Assembly: GCA_964016885.1 (NCBI GenBank)
Contig: OZ024742.1
Location: 315,952,001-316,016,000 of the forward strand
Reading direction: 5' to 3'
Origin: Eledone cirrhosa
Lineage: Eukaryota
Length of the DNA stretch: 64,000 nt
Shown here in pieces: positions 25,696 through 39,109 of the stretch (the first letter of the stretch is position 1; the number at the start of each line of letters is the position of its first letter). The notes under the pieces are model-generated. The model did no database searches. It was not told where the DNA came from and saw only the letters and a program-made list of their open reading frames with translations. Both the position numbers and the translations under genes were made by a program.

Positions 25696-25854
25696 TGAGA
25701 GGGAGTGAGAGATGGTTTTTAACACAGGAATAAGTCACTTTTAGACATCATGTAGGTAATTATATATGTCTGAATGCAAATATGCAAATATATGTGCAGG
25801 CATGCACTACATTGCATATGTCAATCTGTATGTTTTCAATTATATTTTTTGACA

Positions 25855-25889
25855 TTTTCTATATCTGAACCTGGTTTCTCACCAATGGG

Positions 25890-25986
<97 letters not shown>

Positions 25987-26420
25987 GGTTTCTAGCACAG
26001 AAACAAGTTTAATTGGAATTTAGACATCAACTTTTGTCTATCTGTCTGCATATATATAGGTGTGTGTGTGTGTGCAGGTAAGAATGTCATTGTATGTGTG
26101 GGTCGGTATGTTTTGAATTACATGTACATATATACATATGCTTTTATATCTATATGTAAGTATATGAAGTTATCAATTGCTAAAATTCTGTAATGTTTCA
26201 TATATTTTTACACCTCTATTAATGGACTCTACTTGCAATTTCCTAACTAGCCAAATATCTTCTAGTTCTGCGAAGCCCAGCTTCCTATGATTTGTACTAA
26301 GGTAGTTAGTATCATATCCAAGTACCCTAATGTTCACAGGTAGAAATCTAAAGGCATATAGTCACGTTTGAGTATCTGTTGGTTCCTCATTAGTTCTGCA
26401 TAAGGGTTCTCCTTTTCACT
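25855..26420 (-). mobile_element. Older, diverged 3' fragment of R4/Dong-like family A
   Basis: Aligns with 13340-13805 (TTTCCTAACTAG, CTCATTAGTTCTGCATAA..TTCTCCTTTTCA). The (AG)n in its 3'UTR is expanded, and its 5' side joins (TATG)n. Confidence 0.8.
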
Positions 26421-26511
26421 ATGTATGTATGTATGTATGTATGTATGTATGTATGTATGTATGTATGTATGTATGTATGTATGTATGCACGTATGTATTT
26501 ATGTATGTATG

Positions 26512-27767
26512 TTCTTCTGGTTTTATAATTTCACAAAGTTTTACCGATAGAGAGAGAGAGTCGGTTTCTAACATAGACACAAGACTCTCTCATTGGAATT
26601 TACACAACATCAACTAGATAGATATGTATGTATGCATGCATATGTAGATATGGATGTTATTGTATGTGTGGATGTGGATGTTTTGAGTTGTATGTGTGAA
26701 TGTGTATATGCTTTGCATCTGTACATGTGTATATGCAGTTATTAGATGCAACATTTTTGGAATGTTTTACATACTTTTACTGTTCCATTAATGGATTGTA
26801 CTTGTAATTTCCTAACTAGTTGTGTTCTTTCTGTTCCTGTGAAGTCTAGCTTCTCAAGATTTGTATTGAGGCAGTTACTAATATATCCCAGTGCCCCAAT
26901 AATCACAGGCATAAATCTGAAGGTGTAATCAGGGTGGAGTATCTGCAGATTTCTCATCAGTTCTGCATAAATATTCTCCTTTTCATTAATCTTTGATATT
27001 ATATTGGCATCTGCTGGGCAGCTAATTTCCACTACTGTGCATGCTTTATTCTCCCTGTCCCATATCATAATATCTGGTCTGTTATGCCTGCATTTTATTG
27101 GGGTTTTTACTGGAACATTCCACCAGTACTCTTTCATATTATGTACATGGATGTCTTCCACATTGTTGTAGCTTTTAATGTGTTTATTATCGGGGCTATC
27201 TTTTTTACGAACTGCATTGTACAGTGTTTTGGCCACTACATCATGCCTCATAGGTAGATAGTACCGCGATGACATCTTTGGACAGCTGCTGATGACATGG
27301 GTGATATCCTCGATGTTAGTTCTGCAGAGTCTGCACTTGTTATTATATCTAGGTGTTTTGTCTGCATCCCTATCTCTTTTGTGAATCAGGTGTTTCGTGT
27401 TAATCTCCTGTTCCTGAATTGCAAAAGCGTATCCTTCAAAGTGGGAGCCAATATAGCGGTTGTTGGTCCAAGATAGACCACTTTCCTTATCTATATTTCT
27501 CTCACTCGGGAGCTTCCTGGCAACATATCCATGCATGATCTTTTGCTGATAAGGATGCAGTTTTTCATCCATGGATTGACTGCGATACTGCTGAGCAACA
27601 TCCCTGGGTGTGAGTTTTTGATTATCACACAGGGAATATCTCTCGAGGAGTTCCTTCCCAACTCTCATGATCTTATCTGTTTCATGCAGATAGACTTACT
27701 CGAGAAACGGGCTCCTACGCTTCGAGGTTCGTAGATGTTGTCGGAGAGATATGATGCGACATTTAAA
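26512..27767 (-). mobile_element. 5'-truncated R4/Dong-like family A copy
   Basis: Highly similar to 13333-14560 with the same 3' terminus (..CCAGAAGAA followed by CATA repeats). (TATG)n on both sides. Confidence 0.93.
26742..27668 (-). pseudogene. Uninterrupted C-terminal part of R4/Dong-like ORF (CCHC and RLE)
   Basis: 308-aa open frame with EGYAFAIQEQEINTK, CRLCRTNIEDITHVISSC, RHD and RPDI..EISCP. It lacks RT because of the 5' truncation. Confidence 0.88.
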
Positions 27768-27809
27768 TGTATGTATGTATGCACGTATGTATGTATTTAT
27801 GTATGTATG

Positions 27810-28050
27810 TAAACCAGTTCTTCTTTTTGGACAAATGCATTCGATGTTCAGAGAGTGGTATTGGCCCCGTGAAAAGCTTTTCCTCACTTAAAAAAGTTTC
27901 AGGTACATGTATCACTTGATGTGTGACACATTTCTTTGCAATGCATGGCGTTGCTGGCCGTAGGCAAGTCCCTAGCAGGACTAAAAAGCCACATCCGTGA
28001 TACTCATACTTAAGTATTAAGCAAAGACATTACTTGAAATCGAGTTGCAG
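27810..28050 (+). mobile_element. Diverged 3' part of RTE-derived short element
   Basis: AGAGAGTGG, CCTCACTTAAAAAAG and KSLAGLKSHIRDTH finger remnant, followed by a (TCTG)/(TATG) tail. Confidence 0.65.
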
Positions 28051-28089
28051 ACATTGTCTGTCTGTCTGTCTGTCTGTATGTATGTATGC

Positions 28090-28122
<33 letters not shown>

Positions 28123-28187
28123 TGTATGTATGTATGTATGTATGTATGTATGTATGTATGTATGTATGTATGTATGTATGTATGTAT

Positions 28188-28805
28188 GTCACCAGTTGTC
28201 AGGTCACCAGTTGGTGCTACTGGTAACATGTATCCCAGTACAACCTATCTCATGGTCGGGTCGTTGGCGACTAAACTGGCAACCCCACCAAGGTTTCTTG
28301 GTGAGGAGGGTGACTTTGGACATCCTGCAGGACTAAAAACAAAACCTGTCAAAGGGCAAAGGAGCTCTTAAGAGTCAATGGCCATACAAAATCACCGGGA
28401 GAGATGACCCCTTAGCCTTTGTTAAGGCAGAATTCTAGGAGAAGGAAAACTCTGATATAACACCTGCAACCCTGATGGTATCCAATGACGTGGACTTGTT
28501 CTTCTTTTTGGTAAATATCATCTTGGTTAAGAGAGTGGGACTGGCTTTGTGCAGTGCCTTTGCTCACTATAAAAGCTTCACGGCACAGGCATTGCTTTAT
28601 ATCTGGAGATCTCTCTGCACTTGTCGTCACATGGTGCCATGGGCCCAGCACTATGTGTCAATAATTGTCACAAGTGTAGTGTTTGTACCAGAGTTTTCAA
28701 GTCGCTGGCTGTACTAAAAAGTCACACTCGTTCAGCGCATCGGTAGGGGTTCTCCTACATGGATATAAAGTAGTGGCCGTACTCGAAAACGAGTTGGCAG
28801 CTACC
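28188..28805 (+). mobile_element. RTE-derived short element, full length, with short 5' duplication (GTCACCAGTTG twice)
   Basis: Near-identical to the 17504 and 19145 copies, with (TATG)n on both sides. Confidence 0.9.
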
Positions 28806-29181
28806 ATGTATGTATGTATGTATGTATGTATGTATGTATGTATGTATGTATGTATGTATGTATGTATGTATGTATGTATGTATGTATGTATGCATGTATG
28901 TATGTGTGTGGGCGGAAAGGGTTATGTAAAACAAAGACAGATAAGGTGTTATCAGTATAAATTTAGATGTGTATTTGGGATTTTGCGTAAAACGTAAATC
29001 TGTCCGTATCATAGTCTCAGCAGTTATATACATACATACACCAACACATACAAATATATATATATATGTATAATTCAAACGAAGGTTAAAAGATATATTG
29101 AGCTTAACTTATGTTACCAATGAAAATAGTGAACTAACACGCTACACCCTAATATATTAATATATATACATACATACTCAC

Positions 29182-29272
<91 letters not shown>

Positions 29273-29342
29273 TATATATTACTATATATATATATATATA
29301 CATACACTCACACACAAACACACACACACATATATGTATATA

Positions 29343-29420
<78 letters not shown>

Positions 29421-29750
29421 AACGCATACATATATAGACGCGTTTTCTATATATGTTTCTGTATCCACACATATGTGTACGTATATGTCCATATATGTTT
29501 GCCCATACGTATAGAATTGTAATTATGGAAATGCTTATATTTATGTCTGTATCTGTGTGTGGTTGCACTACTTATATTACTCCGCGTTTCAATGTTATGG
29601 GTAGTTAGTTTACCTTCTAAATGACTTACGTTAACGAAATGGGAGTATGAATTTCAGGAATTATAGGCACAGACAGGTCAAAGGGAAAGGTATTTCTTCC
29701 CATTTTGCTTTTCATGTAAGACGTACAGACAGGCGTAGACATAAACACAG

Positions 29751-29807
<57 letters not shown>

Positions 29808-29812
<5 letters not shown>

Positions 29813-29968
29813 TGGATTGGCAGTATCGGTAGAGGGTCGGACGCCATGCTTTCCAGCATAGTTACGTCCCTTTACGATCTGAGTTCAAATCCCGCCGGGT
29901 CGATAAAATAAAGTACCAGTAATGCACTGGGTAATTGCTGGCCTTGTGCCTAAAGTAGAAACAATTAT
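29808..29968 (+). mobile_element. tRNA-derived SINE (internally deleted) within (TA)n
   Basis: A box, B box and tail are present, and the segment after CCCGCCG is missing. Confidence 0.88.
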
Positions 29969-30151
29969 ATATATATATATATATACAGTATTTTCGTATC
30001 GAGAAAGATAAAAAAAAAGGGGGTGGGGTAGGTGATACATATAGTTATTTGCCAAGTAGCGTATGCCAAAGATGCTCGATACTAGTGTCGGCAGTATTAA
30101 ATATTCGAAGTGTTAATATTTAGTGGGCTAGAAAGTTAGCAGAGCGTAAGC

Positions 30152-30546
30152 ACGTGGGAAAGTAAAAAATCGGAGAATAGACCGTTAAAACATGTTTATT
30201 TAAAACAGCACCTACGTACGTTTCGCCTAGTTGGGTTTCTCAAGGGCATAAATAATCAAAAGTGTTCCTTATATTGCTCGGAAAGAGTTTTGGGGGTTAA
30301 ATCCACATCAAAGTTCATTGTTCGCAAAAATAGCTTGTTTTGATTTTGCTGCAAAATCAAAACAAGCTATTTTTGCGAGCAATGAACCTTGATGTGGATT
30401 TAACCCCCAAAACTCTTTCCGAGCAATATAAGGAACACTTTTGATTATTTATGCCCTTGAGAAACCCAACTAGGCGAAACGTACGTAGGTGCTGTTTTAA
30501 ATAAACATGTTTAAACGGTCTATTCTCCGATGTTTTACTTTCCCAC

Positions 30547-30548
<2 letters not shown>
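30152..30548. repeat. Near-perfect palindrome, 198-bp arms, 1-nt centre (30350)
   Basis: Arms are reverse-complementary with about 4 mismatches. The right end abuts (TA)n. Confidence 0.95.
30452..30491 (+). ncRNA. Variant-core minimal hammerhead (mirror copy at 30209-30248 on minus)
   Basis: tgcc-CTTGAGA-aacccaactaggc-GAAAC-gtac-GTA-ggtg: palindromic stem III and stem I are present, but the core and stem II are non-canonical. Confidence 0.5.
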
Positions 30549-30596
<48 letters not shown>

Positions 30597-30724
30597 GTGA
30601 AATATACAACATAAGATAATTATTTCATTTACCAGTCGTTTCTTGAAACCAAGCAAAATTTGTTTTCAATCATCAGAATGAAAAAAATCCTGTATTTATT
30701 GACAGTGGATTTAAAAAGAAAAAC

Positions 30725-30757
<33 letters not shown>

Positions 30758-30766
30758 CACACATAA

Positions 30767-30819
<53 letters not shown>

Positions 30820-30824
30820 CACAC

Positions 30825-30879
<55 letters not shown>

Positions 30880-31216
30880 CACACACACACACACACACAC
30901 AGACAGACAGACAGAGACACACATATATATATGAAGTATATGTATATACTTCATTTATACTTCATATAGACGCACGCACACACGCATATATATACATATA
31001 TATATGCATGCATACTTACCTGCACACTCTCAGGTACCCCCACCCAATCATTTATATATATATATATATATATAAATGTTGCTTAACATAGTTAAGCCGC
31101 CGCTCGCTTAAACGGACCAGTTGCCCTTGTAATGTTCTTTGGTAAGATATTAACATAGAATGGTATGAACGTAGAGGATAAATTACACGCCAGTATTAGA
31201 ATAGATAGATAAAAAC

Positions 31217-31262
31217 ATAAAGAAATTGTTTCTATATTTTTGTGTTTATATGTATTCATGCG

Positions 31263-31328
<66 letters not shown>

Positions 31329-31368
31329 CGCATGAATACATATAAACACAAAAATATAGAAACAATTT

Positions 31369-31374
<6 letters not shown>
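31217..31374. repeat. Palindrome of ~50-bp unique arms centred on a (TA)n run
   Basis: ATAAAGAAATTG..CATGCGCCAA-(TA)n-TTGGCGCATG..CAATTTCTTTAT. Confidence 0.92.
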
Positions 31375-31422
<48 letters not shown>

Positions 31423-31967
31423 AAGAAAGTATGGTAAGAAACCAGGTAGACCATAACGCACCAGAGTACTTGATACTTAGGGTAATGAGTGGGTAATAGG
31501 AAAAGAGTCAGTACCCGACGGCTGAGCTCCGGCCGTTTCGACAGCTAGATCGGATCTAGCTGTATATATATATATATATATATATATCCGTCGTCGGCCT
31601 TACCTCGTATGCGAGAATTTAATTTATTTGCTGGTCGTTTCCTTTATGGTAATGATATTGATAACTAAGTAAACCAATTCATGGTAGAGTCGGTGGCATT
31701 GACTGCAGGGTAATGATGGTAGAAGACAAGGTTGATTTTGTCGAGCTTTTCTCTCTTGTCGTTTGATTTCTTCCTTTTCTCTTCTGGTGGCATCGAAAAT
31801 TTTGGTTGCAATAGTGATGGAACATTGCCAGTTGTACGGTCTCAGGCTTGTGTTTCAAACGATTTAGGCTCAAGTCCCATTGCGTTCAGTGTTGTTTTGA
31901 GTTGGTTCATATATCTTCGCGTGTGTGTATGTGTATGTGTATGTGTGTGTGTGCGTGCGTGTGTGTG

Positions 31968-32018
<51 letters not shown>

Positions 32019-33912
32019 ATGTGTGTGTGTGTATGTGTGTGTGAGTGTGAGTGTGTGTGTGTGTGAATGTGTGCATGTGTGTATGTCTATGTGTGTATAG
32101 TGAGTGGTTTATAGTTGGATTTATCTAACTAGGTAATTGTATTTTGTGTGGTGTGTTTTTGGCTAGTATAATTTTGTCATACTTAGTTGTGGGGTATTTT
32201 AATGTAAGGAAAAATTATATATATTGTTTCATTCCTCAGATACTATGTGGAGAAAGATTCTCATTGAAACCATAACAGAAAAAAAACCTTTCGTACTTGT
32301 ATTAAAACGATGATCTTCATCTGGCTACAATCGTCCTCAATATCAGGTTTTTCTCGAGTTGTGGATACCAGACAAACTAATACCATATACTCTGCAGTAC
32401 AATAAATACTTAATCCTATCAAGAAAAAATCTCTTCGTACCAGAGACTTTTTAATGGCGACCTTTGTCCATTTAATGTTTGAGGCATGTTGCAATATATA
32501 TAATTGTTATCTATACAACTTTGCTCATCAACATAATAGAACAAATGTAAACTAACCAAAAACATACCACACAAAATGCTCCTATCCAGTTAAATAACAT
32601 TCAAATTATAACTACAACAGAGAAAAACTCCGTTATACCAGACATCTTTCAAAGGAGATCTTACATGCACACACACACACGTTCAAGCACATACAAACAT
32701 ACACACATACACACACACGACTTTATATTCCCCTCCGAGTCACATATCTCTCAACATCACTGTTTCTATTGTCTCGTCTATATTCTGAAAATGGTAGTCA
32801 GTGTATGTGAAGATTCCACTCTTTCGTTAGAATATCAGCAACAAAGACTTTCAGTTGTTCTATCAATTGCTACAGGCCTGGGTCCTCGGCGGTTCTAGGC
32901 TATCTATTCCAGACTGTGTTTCCTCCCTGATCAATAAGAAAAATATAGACGGATGACAAAAACAACCTTCTTCGGCATGTTACTCCATATTCTGCAAAGA
33001 AGGAAAAATCGCCTCCTAACCAACTGGTTCACTCATATCTGCGCTACAGCAGATCAGGTGAAAAGCTTGTTGGAGAAACCAACCCACCGCTATAAAATAG
33101 ACGGCTCTTCTCTTATTGACAAGCACATGATAGCTCCTTACGTAGTTAGCACCACCATGCCACACACAAACACCAAACTGAGACAGAAAATACATACTTC
33201 GACGCACAATTACACACACATACAAACATTTATATACACAGAAACACACAAACGCAAGCAGAATCAAACAAACATACACACTCAAACTCACATACACATA
33301 CACACACATTCATAGATACTCACTGACACACACACATTAACACTCATATATACACACTGAGACGCATACATCGACGTACACAAACACACCGACGTACACG
33401 AACACACACACACACACTCAGAAACACACACTCAGCCACACACATACACACACACTCAGCCACACACACTCGTACACACATACAGACACACGCAGACACA
33501 GATACTGACACAGGCACACATACACATGCACACAAACACACTCAGCCACACACAAACACACTCAGTCACACACTCATACACATATGCAGACACACATATT
33601 GACCCACACACACACGCAATCAATTAACCAATTAGATGAAGAATCTTGGTTTTTAGTGAAAAAATTAATAGGTCTTTTTTAAATCGATAATCAATAAGAC
33701 AAGTCTACTATCATGCAATTTAGTATTCGTCTCAGAATGATTTTGACGGCTGCTATCGAACTGTGTTTGAGAGAAAGGTAATCAATATATAGCTTGTATA
33801 GTTGTGTTTAAATATCTCTCTCTATTTTTATCTCTCATTTTCATGTGTGTGTCTGTATACACACACACATATATATATAGAGAGAGGGATCTACATAGAA
33901 AAGACGTCTACA

Positions 33913-33955
33913 GGACTAGAACTGTTTCATTCGTATGAAATCATCAGATTAATCC
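33913..33955 (-). ncRNA. Degenerate hammerhead motif (partial copy at 48191-48215)
   Basis: ggattaat-CTGATGA-tttc-atac-gaat-GAAACAGTTC-tagtcc. The core is intact but the stem I/III register is imperfect. Confidence 0.5.
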
Positions 33956-33974
33956 CGACCAGATTGTGTATTCG

Positions 33975-34036
<62 letters not shown>

Positions 34037-34351
34037 TATTGTTATACTTGGGGAGGGTCATGTTTGCGTAATATTGCCAGAATTAATAACAGAACACACT
34101 CACTGTTTGGTTGGTTTCCGCTTCTCGCTGTCTTTTATATCTGCGATCTAACTTACTCGGTCCTCAATGTTGCCATTGACTGACCGACGGTCAAAAATAA
34201 TACAGGTACAATATAGACACAAACACATATATATAGTTTACATAATTTACATAAATCTTTCGTTGCACATCTGCAACATCGTCAGCATATATATATGTAT
34301 GTATATATACAGTATATATATGTATGTATATATACAGTATATATATATATG

Positions 34352-34382
<31 letters not shown>

Positions 34383-34415
34383 GTATATATCTATATCTAT
34401 ATCTATCTATATCTA

Positions 34416-34499
<84 letters not shown>

Positions 34500-34502
34500 C
34501 AT

Positions 34503-34584
<82 letters not shown>

Positions 34585-34699
34585 GATGGCCGACTGAATA
34601 CGGATGTGTGTTTTTTTTCTCAATTTTTTATCTTCTCCTTTTCCCATTCCTTCCTCTCGTCATTCTTGACTTTCTATTTATCTTCAATTTCTAACTCTA

Positions 34700-34735
34700 T
34701 CTTATGATGAAGGACTAGTGTCCGAAACGTTAAGA
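34700..34735 (+). ncRNA. Minimal hammerhead, C3->A variant
   Basis: tctt-ATGATGA-a-GGAC-tagt-GTCC-GAAAC-GTT-aaga. Same family as 49885 and 63353. Confidence 0.7.
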
Positions 34736-34811
34736 CTCTCTTCCTGCTATTTCAAGCGTTAAACTAATATATTTCTTCCGTGTACTGTGCCGTTAGTTTT
34801 GTTATTTTATA

Positions 34812-35158
<347 letters not shown>

Positions 35159-35298
35159 AATATTTAACTCCGTAATAGCACCACCAACTACAAAAACAAA
35201 TACGGTTGAACTGCTTTAAGTTGAGTACTCTCTATATTATTACATTAAGATTGACCATACGGAATTGACCAGCTCTATCCAGTGGTGAACCTCAAACC

Positions 35299-35353
<55 letters not shown>

Positions 35354-36324
35354 AAGCAACGGAGTAAAGGAATCGCATTGTTCCCTGTAATATAATGAGC
35401 TCAAGGAAAATTTTCCGGGCTCTTCAAAATACATAGGAGAGAATATATATATAATTGTAGAAATGTATGTATGTATGTATGTATGTATGTATAAATTTAT
35501 GTATGTATGTGTCTATGTTTAACTGCTGGTGTTGACATAGTCGTCAATTACCTCCACGTGAGAAGTCACCAACTCATTATTAATATTATCATTAATCTTA
35601 TTTTCCTTCCGTGTTATCATGCTATTACTGTATTACCAAACAAATTTATGTGCCCCTTGTGTATGAACAGTATTGCTTTTTGTGTTGTTTCTATTGTATT
35701 CAAAGTACACTTCGTAATATGTGAGTAGTAATATTTTCTTTATGTTATATACATTTGTAAGTCTTGGAGTTTTGGTTGTGTAACTGTCTAGGTGTCTTCT
35801 TCTTATTTCTAGACATCAGAGATAGTTTCTCTTACTTCTCTTCCATCCTCTTTAATTCTGGGTTATTTATATCTACAGGTTTTTATAATTAGATAATTTC
35901 TTCTTCTTCTTCTTCTTCTTCTTCTTCTTCTTCTTCCACCCCTCCTCCCCCTCGCTCTTCACTCTTCCTCCACCCTTGACTCCCTTTCTTTTTCTTTCCT
36001 TCTATCTTTGGTTCGATTGAAGAAGGTGGGGTGACACCCATGACCTTTGGAAAAGCAGCCAAAATGTCGTTCCTACTGATGTTCCCATTGACCTTCTGTG
36101 CAGACGGGGAGGTGGTGGTTCTCGAGGATTGCGGTTCTGGATTGAACAATTTTCTCTATCTGAAGAGGAAATCTATGCTTTAGGATACAGTGTTGACAAT
36201 GTCATAAATGTGTGGCAACCATCAAAGATCTGAGAGTTTGGACTGTTTAAAAATGCTATACTATTGTCTGAAAAGACTTTAATTGAGTATTTAAATCCAT
36301 TCTTCTTTTTAATTTCGCTTCCAA

Positions 36325-36900
36325 TCCTCATTACTAAAGGTCGGGGCCCATGGACAATTGCACCAATGCTCTCCATTGGTTCTTATCTCTCACCGGCGTT
36401 CTTCCCATCCATTACCTCATATCATCAATCCAGCTTCTCCTTGGTCTTCTCCATTTTCTGCCATTAATGTGTTCCTTGACTATGTGGGTACAAAAGTTCT
36501 GGGCCCTGATGACATCGCCAAATTATTGTGGTTTTCGCTTCCGTATGGTCGCAACCATCTGCCTCTCTGTTCCCATCTTCCCTAGGATTGATTCGTTAGT
36601 TTTGTGGTCTATCCAGATGACGCGCAGGACCGAGCTGTAACATATTGTCACAAATGACATCAGTTTGTTAACATCGGGGGTTACAGTGTCCAGGTTTTGC
36701 ATCTATACTGTGCTACCAGCCACACTAGGGTCTTCAGAAACTTCAACTTGATACTCGTGTGGAGAGCGTGGTCTATACACAATGTGTTGAGGGACAAAAA
36801 TGCAGATCCTGCTGCATTTAGCTGAGCCCACGTCTCGTGATAACCATTGGCTGTTTGATCAATGATAGTTCCCAGGTACTTGAATGTTCCCCTTTAAGCT
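36325..36900 (-). mobile_element. Degenerate RTE LINE 3' fragment
   Basis: Minus translation VLRVIWIDHKTNESILGKMG..TIRKRKPQ*FGDVIR matches the typical RTE C-terminus. Confidence 0.7.
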
Positions 36901-37604
36901 AACGTTACTTCTCTATATTGACTAGCCAGCTGCACTAGACTAGAAATCAATTATTTTGGAAGAAGCTTTCATTCACCGGTGTGCTCGAAACCAGTCTTCT
37001 TCCAACGTGAAAAGTTTGTCAATGAGCCTCTGTGCATGGATTTTTATCCATCATCGGTGACATTTACTCCTTCATTACTGAGACAAGAATAGGCTGAACC
37101 CTATATGGCTTTTGCGTTAGAAATATCAATGGCGATGTCCATATGTATATAAAGCGAACTTGACTAGGTAGTTAGAAGTGTTAATAACATAGTATGGCTC
37201 ATCATATACTCTAAGTTTATCTATAATAAACATACCAGAGATTTATTATGAATTTCTAAAGCCACGATCATGTCACAGCTATCACAGTAGCGGAGGGAAT
37301 GCCTCTCACTGCCTCACCATACGATATGATACGCAAAAAACATATAGGCTTTATCCTATCCCTGTCTCAGTAACGCGTGATTAAATGTCACCGATGCGAA
37401 TAAAAGTTTAGAAACAGTTGCCTGGCACTCTCACTGGTACTCAGATAACTGTGACATGATCACAGTTTAAAATAATCATAGTGGGACTCTCGTATGTTTA
37501 TTATATATAAACATATCGTATATGCTTTCATTTATACTCCTATGATGAATCACTTCTTATATATATATATAAATCTCTCTCGCTCTCTCTTTCTATATAT
37601 ATAC

Positions 37605-38110
37605 TAAGGAGATTGAGGAAGTCGTTGACTTCTTGTATCTTGACACTTTTATGGACACGACGTGGACACTAGAATAGTCAAGACACTGAGCTGTCAGCTC
37701 TCTATCAAAGATGGGTGTGTCACCGATTAAGAAAATCACAAACATGAGGTTATTCAAAGCAACAGTTGAGTTTATTCTCCTCTACGGATGTGAATCACTG
37801 AGGCTGACGAAACACTCAGAAAGAGCATTATTGGTACATTGACCAGGATATTGAGGTTCAAAATATATCCTAGAGAATACATGTAGGAATGAAATCGCTC
37901 TAAGGCTCATATGTTCGGCTTTCTGACATAGGAGGCTCGCATTAGCCGGATATGTGAAACATCAGAATGAATCTGCAGGCAGAGATCTTTTCCGGAAACT
38001 TGATACGTGCAGACGAGTCGGGAGACCAATCACTACACTGAAGGATGTTCTTAAAGATGTCATCAGCCTGCCAGCCTTGAAGCAGGGGAATTCAGCCGGT
38101 AATGTTATAT
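37605..38110 (+). mobile_element. Degenerate RTE LINE fragment
   Basis: EIEEVVDFLYL, RLFKATVEFILLYGCES, RLALAGYV and RRVGRP. Confidence 0.75.
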
Positions 38111-38144
38111 AGGGAAAGGAGAAAAAAGAATTTTATATATATAC

Positions 38145-38204
<60 letters not shown>

Positions 38205-38466
38205 TTGAAAGAAATAGTTACTTGATAAAGTGTATTTAAAAATAAAAGGAAAGCACAAACAGGGGGACAATCCCTTCTTCAGTGGTCTGCTGGAGATCAC
38301 GGACATTTCAACGCATTAAAGACAATATGTCTAACTCCAGTGCGTCAATAACTTGTGAAAGTTTTTTGGAAAAAAAAAAAGGAGAGATAAAAAAATTAAA
38401 CAGAAGGAATAAAAGGAAAAAAAACGCAGAGGACATACCGAAAAAGGGGGGAAACACGAGCAGCAC

Positions 38467-38547
<81 letters not shown>

Positions 38548-39109
38548 ATTAATAACAACAAAGTAAATGGAAAGAAAACGACAAAACACTTATTAGTTAA
38601 ATCGTCGATGGTTTAATTTTAAAAGTTTTAATTATGAAAACAATTTTACAAGTAATCGACAAATTGTAATTGATGTTGAGAATACACAGGAAATATTCCT
38701 TGACTATTCTAAATGATTACTGCAGTAATCGGGTGATTCGCTTATTTGCCTTTTTTGTTTTATAATTGTAGGAAAGTTTCACGATAAACGGATTGTTTCA
38801 AAAACGTTTTAGCAGCCACCAACGATTTGTAATTTACATTGGTAACCACTAGGAAGCGAATGTGAATTTTCCGCAATCTCCAATAAGTTTAATTAATTAT
38901 CATTTTAGATATATATCGTTCGAAATATATTTTTCATCGTTTTTATATATAAATTTCATTTTAAAATGGCATAAAACATGTAAGCGTTATATAGTTTTGG
39001 ATGAATATTGTTTGAATATAGTTTTCATTTATTATAATTTAGAGGTTCGTAGAATATGGTCTTGACTGTGCTAATTGGACGACAAGGTCACTTCAAAAGC
39101 TCTCTACAT

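Noticed and set aside
31525-31600. Minus-strand CCGACGA..(TA)n..hairpin..GAAACGGCCG
   Set aside because: It lacks the NUH triplet and stem I. Only the 11-bp-arm hairpin at 31541-31563 is certain.
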